Below are positions 10,888 through 20,420 of a DNA stretch of 64,000 bases, piece after piece (the stretch's first letter is position 1; the number at the start of each line of letters is the position of its first letter). Source of the stretch: Candidatus Multivoradales bacterium (GTDB lineage: Bacteria; Acidobacteriota; Thermoanaerobaculia; Multivoradales; Multivoraceae). The DNA is taken from the NCBI GenBank assembly GCA_965223325.1, contig CBDCWI010000002.1, positions 3,968,001 to 4,032,000 of the forward strand, given 5' to 3'. The position numbers and the translations under genes were made by a program. The notes beneath the pieces are model-generated. The model was not told where the DNA came from. It did not search any database and was given only the letters and a program-made list of their open reading frames with translations.

Positions 10888-12177
10888 TCAGCGGGCGCTC
10901 GCTCGAATCGGTTCGGCGACCGCTGCGTTTCGCGGAAGGTCCGGCGCGGGGCAGGTCGAGGCGGCGGAGAGCAGGAGGCCCTCGAAGTCGTCGAGCTGCT
11001 GGTCGAGCGAGAAACGCCGACAGATTGTCTGACGTGCCCTCGTGCCCAACGCCTGACGCAGTTGCGACGCGTCGGCGGCGCTGGTCAGCCGCAAGATCGC
11101 CTGGCCCATGGCGTCTGGATCGGCAGCCGGAACGAGCAGGCCATTGCTTTCGTGGTCGATCGCCTCAGCCGTGCCGTCGACATCGGTCGCAATGACGGGA
11201 AGTGCGCAGGCCATTGCCTCGAGCACGGCGTTCGAGATGCCTTCCGAAAGGCTCGCGTGCAAGAAGAGGTCAGCCGTCTGGAGGCGCGCCCGGATCTCCT
11301 CGACCGCGAGCTGTCCGGTGAGCCGGACGCGATCGGCGATCCCGAGATCGTGGGCGGCAAAGGCGATGCGTTGGCGATCCGGGCCCGCGCCGACAATCTC
11401 GAGCTCGACGTTGGCGCCCTGGTCGACGGCCTGGCTGAGGGCAACCAGAGCGTCCTCCCAGCCCTTTCGCCAGATCAGTGAACCCACGCCGACCAGCTTG
11501 TGTCGCTCAGACACCGGGTTCTCGCCGGCGGAAGGATCCCGAGGCTCGAAGAAGTGCGGATCGACTGCCGGAACGATGACCTGCGCCTTTTGAGGATCGA
11601 GGCCCAGCGTCTCCGCCGTCGTGAGCATGGCTTCTGAAACGCAGTGGACCCGCGAGGCGGCCCGGAAGGTGCGTTCCAGGGCTGCGGGAAGATGCGCCCG
11701 CTGGGGATCGTGGGGTGCGATCTGGACCTGTGAACCGCGGCAGCTGAGGACGACCGGGGTGGGCAGGAAGAAGACCGGTTCTCGTTGAATGGCACCTTCG
11801 TTCCAGGGGAAGTAGATGACGTCCCAACGTCTCGCCAGGAGTGGCAGAAGGCGACGAACTGCGGCCCGCCGATGGTCTGACGCCCAAGCCTGGCGGAGGA
11901 CCTGCCGGCCATGGTGCCCCCCTTTGATGAGCGCGCCGAAGAGCTGAGCTGCTGCGTGAACGGAGCGCCAATCGGTTGGCTGGGGAGCTAGCCTGAGGCT
12001 CGCGGGGAGTCGAGTACCAGGCGGTGCCGTCACCCACACTTCGTGTCCGCGGCCGGAAAGGCCCACCGCCAGCCTTTCCAGGAAGGTCGGCAGTGGAGGC
12101 GTGATCCCCGCAAAGACGACCCGCAGTTTCTTCGCGGGTGTTTCCTTTGGCGCAGCGGGGAGCGTTGTGCTGCTCAT
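10888..12177 (-). CDS. GT4 glycosyltransferase
   Basis: VGSLIWRKG, SEGISNAVLEAMAC (EX7E). Confidence 0.9.
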   Translation of the reverse strand: MSSTTLPAAPKETPAKKLRVVFAGITPPLPTFLERLAVGLSGRGHEVWVTAPPGTRLPASLRLAPQPTDWRSVHAAAQLFGALIKGGHHGRQVLRQAWASDHRRAAVRRLLPLLARRWDVIYFPWNEGAIQREPVFFLPTPVVLSCRGSQVQIAPHDPQRAHLPAALERTFRAASRVHCVSEAMLTTAETLGLDPQKAQVIVPAVDPHFFEPRDPSAGENPVSERHKLVGVGSLIWRKGWEDALVALSQAVDQGANVELEIVGAGPDRQRIAFAAHDLGIADRVRLTGQLAVEEIRARLQTADLFLHASLSEGISNAVLEAMACALPVIATDVDGTAEAIDHESNGLLVPAADPDAMGQAILRLTSAADASQLRQALGTRARQTICRRFSLDQQLDDFEGLLLSAASTCPAPDLPRNAAVAEPIRASAR

Positions 12178-13991
12178 GAGACACTCGCCTTCGAATCGAG
12201 ATGCCGTAGCGCGACGGCCGTCGTGAGAAGTATTGAGACGGTCCTGCCGTTGGCGCCGGAGGGGTTGCTATAGAAGTCGTCGAGCAGTTGGCTGATTGCC
12301 CGGGCCGATGTCATCTCGGGAAGCGGTGAGTCGGGCCCCAGGAGCGTGTCCTCGAGCTCGGGACGATGGCCCAGGAGCTGGACCTCCCAGTTGCGGATGG
12401 GCGCAGTCGCTCCGATGTTGAGCCGACGTTTCAGCCAGCCGAGAGCGCGGCGTGGGACTTGCAGGTCGTTGAAGCGCCGGTAGCGATAGAGATCAGCGTC
12501 GTAGGCCTGCCAGCGGACCGCGGCCAGGTCGGGTGCATGCCGCTTGAGGTATTCGATCTGGAGCTTGCGTTGGGCGAGCAGGGCAGGCGGCATGACCATC
12601 AGTTGGTCGGTCACCCGACGGTCGTAGAACGGGGTGCGTGGCCATGCCGCGTTCTCGTAGGCGCGCAGGCCAGAGAGTGTCCAACGGAATGACCATTGCT
12701 CGGTCTTCCAGGCCTTCCGTCGTAGGTCGGTGTTACGGATGTACGCCAGGCGCGCGACTTCGTTCTCGAGCATTGCGCGGGTGCTGCCGGCGGGATCGAA
12801 GCCTGCCTCTTGCGGCAGCATGTGTTCGAGGAGCCAGTGGTGACCGGCCTTGGTGGTCTTCTTCAAGATCTCCGGTACGTCGGTTGAGAGGTCGCCGGTT
12901 GCGACCTGTCCCGAGCTTCCGGAAGAGTCGAGCCAGACGTCTCCCCAGTGTGCAGCGATCACGCGATCGCCGAGCTCGGAGAGCTCGCGAATCAGCAATG
13001 CCTGACGAACCTGCGTGATGTCGCTAAAGCCTTGGGTGCGCTCGTGAACCGCGTCGAGAGCGGGGCGCGAGGCAAGTAACCCAGCTGGCACCTGGAATAT
13101 GGAAAGGGGGTAGCCGCGCCTTGCAGCTAGCTGGCCGGCGATTCTCGTCTCGACCGAATGCGGACCCCAGCCGTAGCTGTAGCACCGAAGCCGATCGCCG
13201 GCGAAGTGCTCTCTTGGAATCGCGGCGAGGGTGGAGCGTGAGTCGAGGCCGCCTGAGATGGGAACCAGAGTGCGGCGGTCACGGGTCTCTTCCGTGAGGA
13301 CCTCACGGAAGGTCGCTGCGAAGATCTCGATAGCCGAGTCGAGGTCGAGCGTGCGATCAACGTCTTCGGGCCATTCGAAGTGGCGCCTGCTACTTTGGCC
13401 GTCGAGGCCGAAGCACTCCTCGCTACCCGGGCGAACGAGACGGACCTCCCGCGCCCAGGTCTTCGAGCCGCAGAAGAAGCCGAACTGGTAGAAGGAGGCG
13501 ATCGCTGGCCAGTCGAGTCTTATTGAACCCAATTCGGACACCGCGTCGTCGAAGCGTGTACTCAGGATGACCTTTCCGGCACATCGGCTGGCGTACGCGT
13601 GGATGGTGCCGAACGGATCGGTTGCGACTCGCACCGTGTTGGACTCATGATCGATGGCGACCGCCAGGAAGCGCCCCGTCCAGGTTCGTGGCACGCCATC
13701 GCCGATCGCAAACGCCGCCAGCTGTGTGGAGGCACAGTTGTGGTTCAAGGTGTCGGCGGCGTCGCCAAGTAGCCAACCTGAGACCCGCGCGGTCGCGAGT
13801 GCGATCGTCGGCGTGCCGGGGCGTTGCGCTTCCGCGTTCGCCACCTGGACCACGGGGGCTGCGCCGGATCTTTGGTCCCAGACAACGGTGAGCCTTTCGA
13901 GGCCGAATCGTTGGATGCTTGCGGCCCTCGGATCGCGAACCGCATCGCGAGTCTCTAGAGCCGGGGCGTCTGGGATCGATAGGTTGGTCAT
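12174..13991 (-). CDS. Asparagine synthetase-related ATP pyrophosphatase (no N-terminal catalytic Cys)
   Basis: ATDPFG, PISGGLDSRS PP-loop, RTPFYD. Start reassigned to ATG 13991. Confidence 0.75.
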   Translation of the reverse strand: MTNLSIPDAPALETRDAVRDPRAASIQRFGLERLTVVWDQRSGAAPVVQVANAEAQRPGTPTIALATARVSGWLLGDAADTLNHNCASTQLAAFAIGDGVPRTWTGRFLAVAIDHESNTVRVATDPFGTIHAYASRCAGKVILSTRFDDAVSELGSIRLDWPAIASFYQFGFFCGSKTWAREVRLVRPGSEECFGLDGQSSRRHFEWPEDVDRTLDLDSAIEIFAATFREVLTEETRDRRTLVPISGGLDSRSTLAAIPREHFAGDRLRCYSYGWGPHSVETRIAGQLAARRGYPLSIFQVPAGLLASRPALDAVHERTQGFSDITQVRQALLIRELSELGDRVIAAHWGDVWLDSSGSSGQVATGDLSTDVPEILKKTTKAGHHWLLEHMLPQEAGFDPAGSTRAMLENEVARLAYIRNTDLRRKAWKTEQWSFRWTLSGLRAYENAAWPRTPFYDRRVTDQLMVMPPALLAQRKLQIEYLKRHAPDLAAVRWQAYDADLYRYRRFNDLQVPRRALGWLKRRLNIGATAPIRNWEVQLLGHRPELEDTLLGPDSPLPEMTSARAISQLLDDFYSNPSGANGRTVSILLTTAVALRHLDSKASVS

Positions 13992-14062
13992 GTGCTGCAC
14001 GCCGGAGACCGCTGGTCGAGGTGTCCTACAACCCGGCTCCGCCACATCGAGAGCCGCGCCCG

Positions 14063-15430
14063 TCAGCCGGTGCCGAGGATCTTCGCCACCCATCCGTCGA
14101 CCCACTCGTTGCGCTCGAGAGCGGGGAGGGCTCGTTTGAGGGTGCTCGCGGCACGAACTTCGTTGCCGGTTTCGAACAGCGCGATGGCGTAGTAGAAGAG
14201 GAGCTCCGGGTCGCGCTCGGGATCGCCGCCGCGCTCGACGTACGTCACCGTGTCTGCCCAGTGTGATCCGCGGTAGGCGAGTCGCGCCGTGAGGTGCTGG
14301 ACGGCTGATTCGCCTGGCTGTTGATCAGCTACCTGGCGTAGTTCCGTGAGGGTCGTGGCGATCTCTTCACGCGTCTTGGCCTGGACGAGGACTCGTCGGG
14401 CGTTGGCAACCACCGCTCGCTGCTCGGCCGTCAAACCCGCCGGGGGGATCTGACCCGTCTGAAGGTCGGCGACCGATGGCGTCGCGACATCGGCGCCGCC
14501 GGCCTCGACTGCGCTGACATCGGTGGTGGTTCGGGCGCCGCTCTCGGGAGAACTCTCTGGGTCCGCTCTGTTCTCGAGCTGGGCTGGAGCGGTTGACTGT
14601 GATGCGGCAACCTGGGGCGCCCGTGCCTCGTCCGCGGCCTGCTGTCGGGCAGCGCGCTCGGCAGCCTTCCTCTCTGCGCGTTCGCGGCGCTGGCGCTGGC
14701 GACGTTCCTTTCTCGTCTCAGGCGCTGGCTGCGGCACGTCCGCTAGGGCGCCTTCCGAAGGAGTCGTGCCCGTATGGGTCAGCTCAACGCCGCCTTCGGT
14801 CGCACTGGACTCCGACCCGGCGGTTTGGGGCGAAGCAACCTCGACGTCTTGCCCTCCCGCCGAGGATTCCTCTGCGACCTCGATCAAAGTCGCATCCTCA
14901 GGCTGCGACGCCTCGCTGGGCTTCTTCTTGCGGTCGCGCCTCTTCTTCTTCTTTCCGCCGGGTGCTTCTGGCGGCTCCTCTGCCAGATGAGCGAAGCCCT
15001 GGGTCGACGCCAGAAAACTCAAGGGCACGCGTTGTTTGATCGCGGTTTCGAATGCGCTTCGCGTTTCTTCCGGGATGTTTGCGGCGGTGTACGCGCCGAA
15101 CCGTTCCTCGGCGTCGAGCAGGCGGTCGAAGGCTCTCGAGAAGCCCGCTTCGTTACCTGCCCTCTTGTTGGCGACTGCCAGAAAGGTCAGACACTCGGCC
15201 AGCATTGGTGGCTCTTCCAGAAGTCCGAAACAGGCGATCTGGAACTCGGTGGCTGCCTCTTCGGGCTGTCCGCGCTCGAGGGCAAGCCGGCCGTCTCGCA
15301 GCCGTGCCATGTAGAAGGCATCGGCGGCAAAGGCCGGCAGCGCGGTCGACAACGCAACCACGACGGCGAGGAGACCCGCGTACTTCGGGGTGTGCCTGGC
15401 GAAAGGAGAACTGGGGCGCGGCGTCAGCAT
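14063..15430 (-). CDS. Exported TPR-like protein with a long low-complexity linker
   Basis: Signal peptide (ALPAFA), helical TPR-like ends, A/E/S/P/R-rich middle. Confidence 0.6.
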   Translation of the reverse strand: MLTPRPSSPFARHTPKYAGLLAVVVALSTALPAFAADAFYMARLRDGRLALERGQPEEAATEFQIACFGLLEEPPMLAECLTFLAVANKRAGNEAGFSRAFDRLLDAEERFGAYTAANIPEETRSAFETAIKQRVPLSFLASTQGFAHLAEEPPEAPGGKKKKRRDRKKKPSEASQPEDATLIEVAEESSAGGQDVEVASPQTAGSESSATEGGVELTHTGTTPSEGALADVPQPAPETRKERRQRQRRERAERKAAERAARQQAADEARAPQVAASQSTAPAQLENRADPESSPESGARTTTDVSAVEAGGADVATPSVADLQTGQIPPAGLTAEQRAVVANARRVLVQAKTREEIATTLTELRQVADQQPGESAVQHLTARLAYRGSHWADTVTYVERGGDPERDPELLFYYAIALFETGNEVRAASTLKRALPALERNEWVDGWVAKILGTG

Positions 15431-15501
15431 GGTGGGATTCCCGGTGGCTCGGTCAGTTGGGTCAGTGAGGAGAAAGAAGTCGAGGACGAAAGCGTTGGTC
15501 T

Positions 15502-16227
15502 TCAGGCCGCAACGAGCGCCCGGTTCTCGAGGACCGCGGCAGGGTTGTGGAGCGTCAGGAGATCAGCCAGGTCGCGGTCACAGCGGGTTGTGATCTCGTC
15601 GTACGCCTGGGCGAGAAGTGGTGGCCGGTGTTCGATGTCGTGGCAGTCGCTGGCGACGAAGTGGACCAGGCCGGCGCGCAGCATGCGGTGAACAGACTCT
15701 GAAGGGCCTAGCCCGAAGTCGCCTACGACGCTCGTTGCCGTGACCTGCATCAGAGCGCCGAGGTCGATCAGGTCGGCCACGCGTCCGAGGTCGTGGGCGA
15801 GCCAGAGAAGGCACTCAGGATGGGCGATGATCGGTTGAATCCCAGCGAGCCTGAGTTCGTAGACTGCGTCTTCTGGCGTTGGGTGCTCAGCCGTTCGACC
15901 CCATTCGAGGAGCAAGTAGCGGGTGTCGGCTAGCCGGTTGACGCCCAGGTCGTCGAGCGAGGAGGCCAGGAGCAGTTCGTTGTCGATGCGTACCTCGCCC
16001 CCGAGCTCGAGCCGCAGCAGTTCACCAATCTCCTGCCTGAGCTCGGTGAGCTTTTCTTCGAGTTCGCCGCGGTCGGTGTTGTCGAAGTGCGGGTGGCGCT
16101 GGTGGGGGGTAGCCACCATCGCGGTGATCCCCTGCGCGGCCGCGTGTTGGCACAGCGCTACCGCCTCCTCGAGGGTTGCGGGGCCGTCGTCGACGTTCGG
16201 CAGGATGTGACAGTGCAGGTCGATCAT
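15502..16227 (-). CDS. CpsB/CapC PHP-family protein tyrosine phosphatase
   Basis: MIDLHCHILP.VDDG, ATPH, IAHPE, VASDCH. Confidence 0.93.
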   Translation of the reverse strand: MIDLHCHILPNVDDGPATLEEAVALCQHAAAQGITAMVATPHQRHPHFDNTDRGELEEKLTELRQEIGELLRLELGGEVRIDNELLLASSLDDLGVNRLADTRYLLLEWGRTAEHPTPEDAVYELRLAGIQPIIAHPECLLWLAHDLGRVADLIDLGALMQVTATSVVGDFGLGPSESVHRMLRAGLVHFVASDCHDIEHRPPLLAQAYDEITTRCDRDLADLLTLHNPAAVLENRALVAA

Positions 16228-18479
16228 CAGGCCGCGCCCTTCTTGCGCTTCTTCTTGTCGCGCTCGCCCTGGTACTCGCCGTAGGCTTCGTAGTGGTAGT
16301 TGTAGGTCTTGCCGTAGGTGCCGGGGAGGGGGCGGAAACCGTTCAAGACGCCGCCCAGGATCTTGACGCTCGCCAGGCGCAGCCTCACGAGCGCGGCCTT
16401 CGCGTCTTCGCGCGACACCATTCCTGCTCGGACGCAGATCACCAGCCCGTCGGCCATCTGGCCAACCAGTGTCGAGTCGGTGACTGCCAGTGTTGGCGGT
16501 GTGTCGATGATGACCACGTCGAACATTTCGCGAACTCGCCGGACGTAGTAGCGCATGCGTTCTGACGAGATGAGCTCAGAGGGGTTTGGCGGTGTCGGGC
16601 CCGCGGTGCAGACTTTGAGGTTGGGGATCTCGCAGTCCTGGATCGACTCCTCGAGCTCACAACGGCCGACGAGGAAGTTGACGAGGCCGGCTCGATTCGA
16701 CATCCCGAAGACCTGATGGATGCGCGGCTTGCGCATGTCCGCGTCGATGACCAGGACGCGCTTACCGAGTTGCGCCATGACGACCGCCAGGTTGCAGGTG
16801 GTCGTGCTTTTGCCTTCGCCGGCAGTCGATGAGGTGACGCCGATGACCGAGAGGCCGTCCGCACTGGCATACAAGAGGGCCGTGCGAAGCGCGCGGTAGG
16901 CCTCAGAGATTGCCAGTCGTGGTCGTTTGAGCGGTACCAGCTCAGCGTCGATGTTCTTGTTCCTGGAGGACTTCGAGCCCCCGCCGTAGCCGCCATTGCG
17001 GGCATAGATGTTGCCGTAGCCGTAGCCGGCTCGGCCTGTTGAAAGATCGGGAATGACCGCCAGGGTGGCGATCGCCAGACGTTTCTCGAGCTCGTCGGGG
17101 GTCTTGATCGTGCGATCGAGGAACTCGATCAGGCAGATCATGATGAGAGCCAACCCGCCGCCGGCGGCGGTACCGAGAGCCAGGTGCCTGTTGAGGTCGG
17201 GGCCCGAGGGCGAGCCGGGGAGCAGGGCACGATCGATCTGCCGCACGGTCGACTGGTCGCTGCCACGAACGGCAACGTCGGTTGCCGACTGCTGTTGCTG
17301 AAGCTGGCGCAAGAGGGTCGTGCGGTTCTCGATCTCACTCTTGAGACTCTGGTACTCAACGGCTTGGGAACTGACGTCGAGTGATTCGCCCTTGAGCTGA
17401 GCGAGCTCCTGCTCGAGCGCAGCCTCCTGGCGGCGCGCGGTCTGGAACTCTCCGCGAGCGCTCTGCCGGACCTGGCCGGCCATCTCGTCGACGGTCGAGT
17501 TGTACTCGGCGCGCAGCTGTTGGATCTCGGTGTCGAGCTGCACCATGGTCGGAAAGTTCGGCTGGTAGGTGTCGAGCTTGGTGCTGTACTCGCGCTCTTT
17601 GGCCTGGAGCTGGGTTCGCAGGTCGGAAACTACGCCACCGCCGAGTGTGTCCGCGAGGGCTTCTTTGGGTGCCATCATCGCCTCGTTGTAGGCGGCTTCC
17701 GTTTCGATACGGCGCTTGCGGGCGGCGGCGTAGTCGCGGTTGGCGGTCTCGAGCCGCTGCAAGGTGACGTTGGCCTGCGGGTCGACGTTGATCAGGTCGA
17801 CATCGCGGCTGTACTGCTGCAAGCTCATCTGCTTCTCGGCGATCTCGCGCCGCAGGCCTTCGATTTCTTCCTTCAGAAATCCCGAGGCGTTGGTCGCCGA
17901 CTGGCGACGTTTGGTCTTGCCGTACTCGACGAATGCATCCGCGTAGCCGTTGGCGATACGGGTCACGAGTTCAGGGTCGCGACCGCGGTAGTCGAGGTCG
18001 ATCAGCTGCGTACCTTTGACCGGGCGTACCGTGAGGCCGCTGCGGACGCTGTCGGCGATGCGACCGAGATGAGCTTCGTCGGCGGCAGGCGTAGCCGCGC
18101 CTGCAGAGGCCTCGATACCCCCATAGGCTGGTTCCTCCCAGAGTCGCAGCAACTCCACAACGACCATTGCGAGGCCGCGGCTCTTCAGGATCTCCTGCTG
18201 CGTCGGATAGAACTCCGGGTTCCATCGTGGCTGCATCCAGTAGGCGTCAGTGGGTAGAGGTGATGCCGCCCGGCGCTCGATCTGGATGCGAGTGCGCGTC
18301 GTCCACGTTTCGGGAGTGTTGATGTAGCGGACGATGCCGGCAATCAGGCCGAGCACTGACAGCAGAACGATGAGCTTCCAGTGCCTCCGCAGTAGGTCGA
18401 AGACCTCGGAGATATGGAGCGCCTGTTCAGTCTCGTGACTGTCGTGGCTCGAGATGGGCTCTAGGTAGGAGTCGCGCAT
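16227..18479 (-). CDS. wzc: Wzc polysaccharide co-polymerase/BY-kinase
   Basis: Two TM helices around a coiled coil; EAYRALRT, GEGKST, IDADMRKP, IIDTPP; C-terminal Tyr cluster. Confidence 0.92.
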   Translation of the reverse strand: MRDSYLEPISSHDSHETEQALHISEVFDLLRRHWKLIVLLSVLGLIAGIVRYINTPETWTTRTRIQIERRAASPLPTDAYWMQPRWNPEFYPTQQEILKSRGLAMVVVELLRLWEEPAYGGIEASAGAATPAADEAHLGRIADSVRSGLTVRPVKGTQLIDLDYRGRDPELVTRIANGYADAFVEYGKTKRRQSATNASGFLKEEIEGLRREIAEKQMSLQQYSRDVDLINVDPQANVTLQRLETANRDYAAARKRRIETEAAYNEAMMAPKEALADTLGGGVVSDLRTQLQAKEREYSTKLDTYQPNFPTMVQLDTEIQQLRAEYNSTVDEMAGQVRQSARGEFQTARRQEAALEQELAQLKGESLDVSSQAVEYQSLKSEIENRTTLLRQLQQQQSATDVAVRGSDQSTVRQIDRALLPGSPSGPDLNRHLALGTAAGGGLALIMICLIEFLDRTIKTPDELEKRLAIATLAVIPDLSTGRAGYGYGNIYARNGGYGGGSKSSRNKNIDAELVPLKRPRLAISEAYRALRTALLYASADGLSVIGVTSSTAGEGKSTTTCNLAVVMAQLGKRVLVIDADMRKPRIHQVFGMSNRAGLVNFLVGRCELEESIQDCEIPNLKVCTAGPTPPNPSELISSERMRYYVRRVREMFDVVIIDTPPTLAVTDSTLVGQMADGLVICVRAGMVSREDAKAALVRLRLASVKILGGVLNGFRPLPGTYGKTYNYHYEAYGEYQGERDKKKRKKGAA

Positions 18480-18511
18480 TCGTTTGTGTAGTAGCTCAGA
18501 GGAAGAAAAAA

Positions 18512-19348
18512 CTAGAAGAAGGACTGCTTGACGAACACCACGTCTCCGGGGTGAAGTTCTGGGTCGGGTCGCCGTCCCGAGATCACCTGCTTGTAGTCGA
18601 CCTCGAACTCCTGTGTCTCGCCGTTTGGCCCCGCCCGTCGAACCGAGATCCTGCGGGCGGCGCGCTCGGTGAGTCCGCCAGCCTGTGCGATCACCGCAAG
18701 CAAGGTGATGCGCTGGCTACTGCTCCATCTGTAGAGACCTGGGCTCTCGACTTCGCCGAGACAGGAGACGGAAACCTCAACCGCCTCGGGCACGTTGACC
18801 AGATCGCCGGCGAAGATCGGGAGGTTGGCGCGCGGCTCACCGCGTAGGAAGAGATCGTCGATGCCGACTTCAATCTGGTCGGTGAGTCCGTTGCTGGCAG
18901 TTCGAATGACAAAGACCTTGCCGCCGTGGGATGGCGCGAGGCCGCCCGCGGCGGTAATGGCTTCGAGTAGGGTCCATCGACTTCCGAGGTCGAGTGCCCC
19001 GGGGTCTTTGACGGCGCCGATGACGTTGATCGGGCGCGAGCGATACTCGAGGATCTCGACGGTCACGGTCGCGCGACCCTCCTGGAGATAGCGTGACTCG
19101 AGTAGCCCGCGCAGTTCGGCTTCGACTTCCGAGCGTGTCCGGCCACCGACTTCGAAGTCGCCGAGGATGGGGAGCGACACACGCCCCATGTCGTCGACAC
19201 GGCCCTGTCCGTTCAGTTCGGGAGCTTCGAACACCTTGACCTGCAACATGTCTTTGGGGCCAATGGTGTAGGCGGAACTCTGGGCATGCGCTGCCACAGC
19301 GGCAGTGCTGAGTGTGATCACAACGATAAATCTAAGAATTCTTCGCAT
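18512..19348 (-). CDS. wza: Wza/OPX polysaccharide export protein with SLBB repeats
   Basis: YTIGPKD, G.VSLPILG, two SLBB repeats (AAGGL / QAGGL), PGDVVFV. Confidence 0.88.
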   Translation of the reverse strand: MRRILRFIVVITLSTAAVAAHAQSSAYTIGPKDMLQVKVFEAPELNGQGRVDDMGRVSLPILGDFEVGGRTRSEVEAELRGLLESRYLQEGRATVTVEILEYRSRPINVIGAVKDPGALDLGSRWTLLEAITAAGGLAPSHGGKVFVIRTASNGLTDQIEVGIDDLFLRGEPRANLPIFAGDLVNVPEAVEVSVSCLGEVESPGLYRWSSSQRITLLAVIAQAGGLTERAARRISVRRAGPNGETQEFEVDYKQVISGRRPDPELHPGDVVFVKQSFF

Positions 19349-19385
19349 CTGTATGATTCTAGAGACAATGAATGCAAGTTTTCAA
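19349..19385 (-). promoter_or_regulatory. sigma70-like promoter giving a probably leaderless wza transcript
   Basis: TTGAAA-18 nt-TAGAAT followed 7 nt later by the ATG; no Shine-Dalgarno. Confidence 0.5.
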
Positions 19386-19604
19386 ACGGTTTTCGGGCGG
19401 GGACAGGTGGAATCGGAGCACGAAAACAGCGTTAAACTTGTTTTATGTGTCGCGATGCCTGCGAATCGGCCGTCGAACACTAGATTTGCGAGAATCATGC
19501 CGTTTTGCAGTTCCCGCAAAACAGTGCTCTCGGGGCCGAGCGGGCCGTACAATGGCCAAACTGACACGACTCCGCTCAACCCCAATGGAGCGAGGAATCG
19601 CCCG

Positions 19605-20405
19605 ATGGAAACTCGTCATCACGCCCGCCTCTGCCCCCTGTTCCTCGGTGCCCTGGTGGTCGCAGCCCTCCCTGCGACCGCCCAGACCGTGAACATCAAT
19701 GGCAACGGGCACCACGAGACCAAGGAAGCAAGCGACAACTACGGTCACGCTTCACGACGCCACACGGAAGGCAACCCCTGGGGTTATGGCTGGTCGCATG
19801 TCGGAGGTCCAGTGCTTGACGACTACACCCCGGGCACTGGCTTGCCAGCTGATTGGTGGCGCTCCCCGCGGCATGCGACCGAGGCCTGGCAGCTGTTTGT
19901 GATCACCGATGACGATGGTCGACCTCTCCCCGGTCTCGTGCGCATCAAACAGGCGGCGAATCAACGGGCGAGTCGGCTGTTGCAAGCCAACGACACCGGA
20001 AGCGTTCTCGTGCGACTCAAGAAGCCGATGCGCACCCACGTCGTCGAGGTCGAACGTCTGGGCTACGAGACCGTGCGACTCATCTTGACCGGCGGTCGTC
20101 TCGAACGGCAGGAGCATGCGGTGGTCGTTCGTCGCGGCGACCGCGTGCGCACCGAAGTCCGTGCGCCCGACCAGCGCGGTGGCCCGGTTGGGAAACCCGC
20201 TCGCCTGTACGCACGCGCTCACAAAGCGCTCGCGGCGGGGAATCGCGAGGCAGCCCGCACGCGCCTGGAAGCGGCCATTGAGCTCTGGCCTCTAGCCGGC
20301 GGTCAGGTAGCAGTTGGGAGTACGCTTCTCGAATACCAGCCCTATCGAGATCTCGAGCACCTGGGCTTTCCTGTAAAGCCAGTCGAGCTACCGCGCAGCG
20401 ACTGA
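19605..20405 (+). CDS. Hypothetical exported protein with a C-terminal TPR-like helix pair
   Basis: GAGGA RBS before ATG 19605; signal peptide (LPATA/Q); TACAAT upstream. Confidence 0.55.
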   Translation: METRHHARLCPLFLGALVVAALPATAQTVNINGNGHHETKEASDNYGHASRRHTEGNPWGYGWSHVGGPVLDDYTPGTGLPADWWRSPRHATEAWQLFVITDDDGRPLPGLVRIKQAANQRASRLLQANDTGSVLVRLKKPMRTHVVEVERLGYETVRLILTGGRLERQEHAVVVRRGDRVRTEVRAPDQRGGPVGKPARLYARAHKALAAGNREAARTRLEAAIELWPLAGGQVAVGSTLLEYQPYRDLEHLGFPVKPVELPRSD

Positions 20406-20420
20406 ACGGTCGCAGGGCTC

